Assembly: GCA_013239625.1 (NCBI GenBank)
Contig: MU055549.1
Location: forward strand, 372,001 to 436,000
DNA: 64,000 nt
Source of the DNA: Lama guanicoe
Taxonomy: Eukaryota
Direction of reading: 5' to 3'
Shown here: positions 59,001 through 64,000 of the stretch, one piece after another
Layout: every line of letters begins with the position of its first letter
Position numbering within the stretch: position 1 is the stretch's first letter
Program-made: the position numbers and the translations under genes
Notes under the pieces: generated by a model
What the model was told of the DNA's origin: nothing
The model's database searches: none
The model's input: only the letters and a program-made list of their open reading frames with translations

Positions 59001-60149
59001 GAGTGGTCTGGCCTCCCTGCTGCATTATTAATCAGGGAGTCCCAGAGCCTAAGCCCTGCTCATGCCCCGAAGAGCTGCCAAGAGCTGGTGGGTCCGACCT
59101 CACTGCCGCCCCCTGGGGGGCTGACTGTTAATTACGGGGTGTCTGACTTAGGAGAGCAGGTGAAATCCAGCCGTCTCTGAGGCTCCGGGGTGTGTTTAAA
59201 TTTAGAAGCCCACCGGACTGTTGATCACGGGAGGCCGTGTTCCCAGGTTTTCCTCCAAAGCTCCCCCGTACACCTGAGACCCAGACGCTCAGGTCCACAG
59301 GTGCGAGTCCTGCAGGGCCCAAGACCCTGAGGCCACTCAGCCAGCAGCCCAGCAAAGGAGGCCAGTGGGAGCCAACTCGAGGCAACGTAAAGCTCTGATG
59401 GAAGCTTTCTAAAGTGAAAAACAGCGCGAAGCCTCCCAGACAGGGTGGGCGAGACCTCCCCCCACCCCGAGGGCCCGTGTCTTCCCTCCTTCCCTGGAGT
59501 CGGGGCAGGGCCCGGGCTGCACCTGGAGTAGAGGTAAGCCATGAGCCCCAGCGGCGTGCCCGCCTGCAGGACGCGGGCCTTCCTCTGCCGGCCGCCGCGG
59601 GGCTGCCTGCTGACGTTGTAGAAGATGAGGGACGAGGACTCGTCCAGGGGGCTGAAGTCCAGCGTGTCGCAGTGGGCGGCCGCGATGTTCACAATCACCG
59701 GGAGGGCGCAGGGCTCCAGGCCCCACCGCTCCGCGTACATGACCTGGGGCAGCGAGTCCCCACCGTCTGCTTGGCCTGCTGCCCAGTCACCCTGCCCCAG
59801 GCCTGGGGGTTTAACAGGCGGAGCTCGTGAGCACCAGGCCTCTGGAGGGAGGGGAGCAGATGTGGGGGACTTGCCTGGAGGTACTTCTTGACCAGCCCGA
59901 GGAATTGCACCTTGGACCTCATTTCCTCCAGCTGCCCTTTCAGTTTGGACAACATGGTCTTCACCTCGGAGCCTGGGGCAGGGCAGAGTTGACATCAGCG
60001 GCCTGCCCCCGGGGCCCCAGGGCGTGGCCCGAGCTCCGCAGTCCAGAGAGGCTACCTTTGTTCCTCTTCTCCTTCTGCAGGAGCTTCTGGTAGAACTTGA
60101 GTGTCTTCCGGAAGTTTCTCTTCTCGATCGTGAGCTGCTGCTCCAGCTC
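49794..60149 (-). CDS. KNDC1: KNDC1 (very-KIND) C-terminal part: coiled coil, RasGEF-N (REM) and RasGEF domains; 13 exons, 622 aa + stop; 5' part lies beyond the window
   Basis: 13 exons sum to 1869 nt in frame, from ELEQQLTIEKRNFRKTLKFYQKLLQKEKRNK to KIQDKLRRMKATFQ*. Confidence 0.96.
51599..51756 (-). CDS. KNDC1: KNDC1 exon
   Basis: VFLKSDSLCLMEGRRFRAQPTLPSAHLLAMHIQQLETGGFTMTNGAHRWSKL(R)|gtgagg. Confidence 0.94.
52493..52552 (-). CDS. KNDC1: KNDC1 exon
   Basis: AWRILPAKIAEVMEELKAVE|gtacca. Confidence 0.93.
52628..52750 (-). CDS. KNDC1: KNDC1 exon (RasGEF)
   Basis: LQVNLLSKFLLIAKSCYEQRNFATAMQILGGLEHPAVRQCP|gtgagt. Confidence 0.93.
55669..55819 (-). CDS. KNDC1: KNDC1 exon
   Basis: ACSSESLSAKACSLFLPSYVQDKYLLQLL...WVAAEIVTSHASK|gtcagt. 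Confidence 0.93.
56048..56130 (-). CDS. KNDC1: KNDC1 exon
   Basis: ELFQKCHPVHFLNSRALGVTDKSAAVP(K)|gtgagt. Confidence 0.93.
56302..56508 (-). CDS. KNDC1: KNDC1 exon
   Basis: SFPWRLSRGNG...EYSTHQLFSQLTLLQQ|gtgggg. Confidence 0.93.
56980..57159 (-). CDS. KNDC1: KNDC1 exon
   Basis: ILPLDSSAEHLL...NALCKRLSEDGISRK|gtgcgg. Confidence 0.93.
57240..57387 (-). CDS. KNDC1: KNDC1 exon
   Basis: AHQDPTSTFTKIYKRSFCLLQAWLEDCYAVDF...DFISSQ|gtgccc. Confidence 0.93.
57870..57983 (-). CDS. KNDC1: KNDC1 exon (REM domain)
   Basis: DAFLEGYVQQFLYTFRYFCAPQDFLHFLLDRIRGTLS|gtacgg. Confidence 0.94.
59523..59743 (-). CDS. KNDC1: KNDC1 exon
   Basis: VMYAERWGLEPC...LQAGTPLGLMAYLYS|gtgcag. Confidence 0.93.
59875..59972 (-). 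CDS. KNDC1: KNDC1 exon with GC donor
   Basis: SEVKTMLSKLKGQLEEMRSKVQFLGLVKKYLQ|gcaagt. Confidence 0.9.
60056..60149 (-). CDS. KNDC1: KNDC1 exon
   Basis: ELEQQLTIEKRNFRKTLKFYQKLLQKEKRNK(G)|gtagcc. Confidence 0.93.
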
Positions 60150-63100
60150 CTGGTGAGGAAAGAGCCATGAGCCCAGGGCACCTCCCACCAGCCGCACGGC
60201 TGCAGGGACACCGTGCGTAGCACGTGTCCCGAGGCGGGTGTTCAGCTGAGGGGGGCGGAACGGCAGCCGGACGAGTCAGCAGACGGCTCAGTAAACAGGA
60301 AGGAAGCAGTTTCCATCGACCACTCGAAGAATGAGGCCAAAATGTGAGGCAACTGGCTGACCCCCACCCTTTACTAATCGGCTCCCAGGCTGCCCAGGAG
60401 GGCAGACAGGCAGAGCCGGGGGGCACGTCCACAGCTGGGGCCGGGCCTGGCCCTGGAGGGCCTGCCTGGAGAGCTCCCCAGACACCACATCCACGGCTGG
60501 AGGGGAGCCTGGGCCCACGTGTCCTGCGGCCCCCCTGGTTCTGGGGGTGGATGATGGGGGGGTCCTTGGGGCACGTCTGCGTGCAAGCAGTGACTGTCCC
60601 CAAGGGCATGTGTGGCCCTGCAAGGCCTCTCTGTGGCCCCAGGGACACCCACCGAGCCCCTCACCGCTTGCTCAACAGCCACCCCCCGGGAACCCCGTGT
60701 GGTGCAGCCATGAGCCTCGGGCCAGGGGGCCTCCCAGAGCTTCTCCGTGAGCTAGGCCTCCCTGATTTGGAGATGAAGCTTGAATACACCCAGCAGTGTA
60801 GACCCTTGATGCACCAAAGCAGCCCCACCCCCGGGCCCACCATGCAGACCCCCTGAGCCCCTGCTGTCCAAACAGGGCTTCCAGCCAGAGTCCAGAGACC
60901 CAAAGACACTGGGGGCTTCAGCCAGGCCACGTCTCTGTGAGGGAAGTGGGACCAAGACCTCCAGGCTGTGGGCCCCTGGGGTCTGCCTTGAGCACCCCGC
61001 AGCGGGAGGGGTCCCAGCTCCTTCCTGGAGAATCTGAATGTGCTCCCCTCACGTGGGAAAGGGGAAGAAGCCCCAGGGCCTGCTCCCTTCAAGGAGAGAG
61101 CAGCCTTGCCCAACTGCCCCTAGGGAGGAACCTGCGGTTCTGGAACAGGAGGGGGCTCTGGGAAACCTTAAGGGTGTCCCTGTGAGCTGGGCCCTGAGTT
61201 CCAGTGGGTCTTCAGCTGGGACGGTGAGGTTCCTGCAGGAAGCCGCTGTGAGGCTCTGGGCCGGGGGCAGAGGCCCAGGGACCACTGATTCCTGAGGAAA
61301 CTACTTCCTGTTAATGAGGGTCAAGGTGGCCCCCAGTCCTGAAACGGCCACAACTCGTGAGCACGACCCTGACAGCTGAGCATTTGGGTGTTTGTTTTTG
61401 GGAGTCCAATCAGATCAAGTCCAGAAAAGGTTTCCCCCAAGCTTGTCGTCCTATGACAGCAGACCCTGCTTTCGACAGCGTCTCCTGAACGGTCCTAAGG
61501 AACAGGAAGGCCCGAGCCTGCTCTTCCTGGTGGTTCTGCTGTAAACGTGGTTCACGTGGCTGTCATGTTCCACGTGCTGTTTTAACAGGTAGCCCCACAG
61601 GTGGCCGGCACCTCCAAGCCAGGGCAGCTGTGGGGCAGGGGCTGTGCCTGCGGTGCCAGGGGTGGTGCAGCCTGAGCACAAAGCCACGTCCCTTTGCCAA
61701 ATCTCGGTGGTTAAACCAGGTCCCTGGAGTCCTCTGGATCCTCCTTCAGCTCAGCCAAGTGCAAAGTGCAGAGGGGGAGAACATCACACACCGGGACCAG
61801 CGGGTAGGCTACCTCTGCAGAAACCAACGTGGGGAAGGTCGACCTGGCCCACACCGGGTTGCCTGCTGGGCCCCACCGGGAGCTGCCCCAAGGCTGGTGA
61901 GACATCACTCTCCTGGGACAGTGTCTCGGAGGAGACGTGGGCTCTGATGTACCACAGCCTGGGTCTGGTCCTGCTCCCCACGTGACAGCTGGCCGACCCC
62001 GGCGCGGTCACCGGAGTCGGGGGAAGATGGGGCAGGAGGGCCCTGAGACCCGCGTGCAGGCCCCGCACCTCCACCACAGAGCCACCGGCCACCCTCGCTG
62101 TCTCCAGTGTTAGAGTGAAGTGAAGCAAAACCTCCTCAGCCACATGGGCCAGGCTTCAAGTGCTCAGTGGCCACAGTGGCTGGAGGTGACCCAGTGGACT
62201 GTGCGAGTCTGGAGCGTCTCACTGTTGAGACCAGGCCTGGTGGTGACAGTCGAGGCTTGGCAGCAGATGAGGTGGCCCTGTGGAGCTGCGTTCACGGAGA
62301 ACCACCCTCTGCCGCCTGGACGTGCCTCTGAACAAGGCCCGAGGATCTGCGGCTCCCCCACGCCTCTTCGCTGTGGTCCTGGCCTCTCGAGTGCAGTGGA
62401 GGCAACCTGGCCCGTGCTCCAGGGCGGCAGCTGGCGCAGCGCGGGAGAGCACCCTCCAGGCCACTTGCTCACCCACTCTGTCCGCTGTCCGGAGGCTCAT
62501 TAGAGAAAACTCCCTGGGCGGGGCTTGTGGGCGCTGGGACTGAGGGCACCCGTGGGACAGGGCTCCCGCAGCAGACTGACAACTCAGTTTATGAAACGTG
62601 AAGTTTGTCAGCAACACTTCTGACATCACTGACCTGCAGACCCACTCTTTCAAAAGGACCATTTTGACTGATTTTACAGATAAATCTGCACAAACCAAGA
62701 CACGCAGCTGTGTGAGATGGCGTCACCCCCAGGCCCACACCCCGGAGATGCATGGAGGGACCTGGGCCGCGAGCTGGCTCGGACTGGCCAGATCTGAATA
62801 AAATACTCAGGGTCGGTTCCCCCCAGCCTAACCTGACCAAGGGCTGTTTTCAGAGAGTTAAAGGAGCGTCAGTTCATCAGAGGGATGAACGGGATGTTCT
62901 GAGGCACAAGTTAGGCCCAGCGGCGGCTGGACTTACGTAGACCTGAGGGTAGACAAATACTGGGGAGTAAACAGAAATGGTCAGAAGCAAGCTGGAAAAA
63001 CCAGAAATTGTGGGCGACGAGAAGAGGATGAAGTCAGCGCCGTCCACCCAAATGCCCGAAGCAAAGCCTGTTCAACAGCACGGGGGGCCGGGCACCCCGA

Positions 63101-64000
63101 CCGGGGAGCGGGGGCCTGGGAGACCGCTGCGCCCGGGGCCAAGGCCACAGCCATGCCCACGCCCGCGGCAGGGGCCCGGGGCGCAGTCAGCGTGGCCTGT
63201 GGTCAGTGAGGCAGGGACACAGCACCCCCTGCCCCACAGCTGCCCCACCCAGCCCAGCGCCTGGCCTGTTCTGACTCGCTCTCTTTTAGGGTAGGAAACA
63301 TGTTTTATCCCTTGTTTTATGCCTTTTGTGTTTTTCTGAGGCTCCTGTCGGAAAAAGGCACCATGGGGTCCCGAGAGAAATGTGTGACCACGGCCGGGGT
63401 CACCCACCCGCCTGTTGATGCAGGGGGGTGCAGAAACTCACCTGCCTGCACTCAGGCTCCAGGAGACACGCCTTCCCCAGGTGAGCAGGAAAAAGGGAGA
63501 AACACGGTCACTCTGGTCGTCCGCCCCAGCGCTTCCCCAGACCACCCCGTCCCCTCCAGACTGGCCCCCGCAGCAGCCGCCGCAGGGGGATGGCAGGGCC
63601 TAGCGGGGCCGGGGCTGGTGCTCCAGAGACGGGAGGCCAGGGAGCCTCGTCCTGACCCCAGAGTCATGGGCAGTGACAACGGCTCCTGCCCCAGCCGAAT
63701 CTGGGATCGGAGCTGGACGCCCTTCAAGGGCGATCTGAGGGAGAGACCGGGGAGGGGCTCACCGATGGGCGTGTATCCCTCCAGGGAGGTGCCACCCCAA
63801 GGGAGCACAGGGTGGAGGAAGTGGCCCCAGCGGCCCACACGGAACCTGCACAGGGGACCCACCAGCACTGAGACAGGCTCCTTTGTGGAAGCACTGCCTT
63901 CCGCGGCCCTGAACATGGCCCCGGGTGGAAATGGGGCTGCCTGTCTGCAGGGGTCCACAAGGACGTGATGCCACTAGTTAGCATGACCTGTGATGTCAGA

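Noticed and set aside
61049-61292. Possible further KNDC1 exon
   Set aside because: An acceptor-like site exists, but the translation does not resemble the KNDC1 sequence I recall upstream of ELEQQL. The previous exon is probably beyond the window.

Overview
GC-rich mammalian genomic DNA. Gene order matches the human chr10q26.3 cluster ADAM8 - MIR202 - VENTX - UTF1 - KNDC1. Three copies of a camelid-type tRNA-derived SINE suggest camel/alpaca (inference). On +: ADAM8 from exon 2 to the stop (23 exons rebuilt by hand, frame closes, zinc motif [12 protein letters not shown] intact); a multiply disabled SPEF1-like (CH-domain) gene that keeps an RFX/forkhead CpG-island promoter; and the miR-202 hairpin in a probable two-exon host transcript. 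On -: VENTX (3 exons, with a 14-nt tandem duplication that frameshifts off the conserved TGDAF C-terminus), an intact UTF1 with its 3' Sox2-Oct4 element, and the last 13 coding exons of KNDC1. The most notable unexplained structure is a ~50-bp module (T-box site + BMP-type GGCTCC-N5-GTCTG element + GC box) present twice, inverted and about 2.4 kb apart, upstream of VENTX. Most ORFs in the supplied track are chance ORFs in GC-rich intronic or intergenic DNA. Orthologue and repeat-consensus comparisons are from memory, not from database searches.
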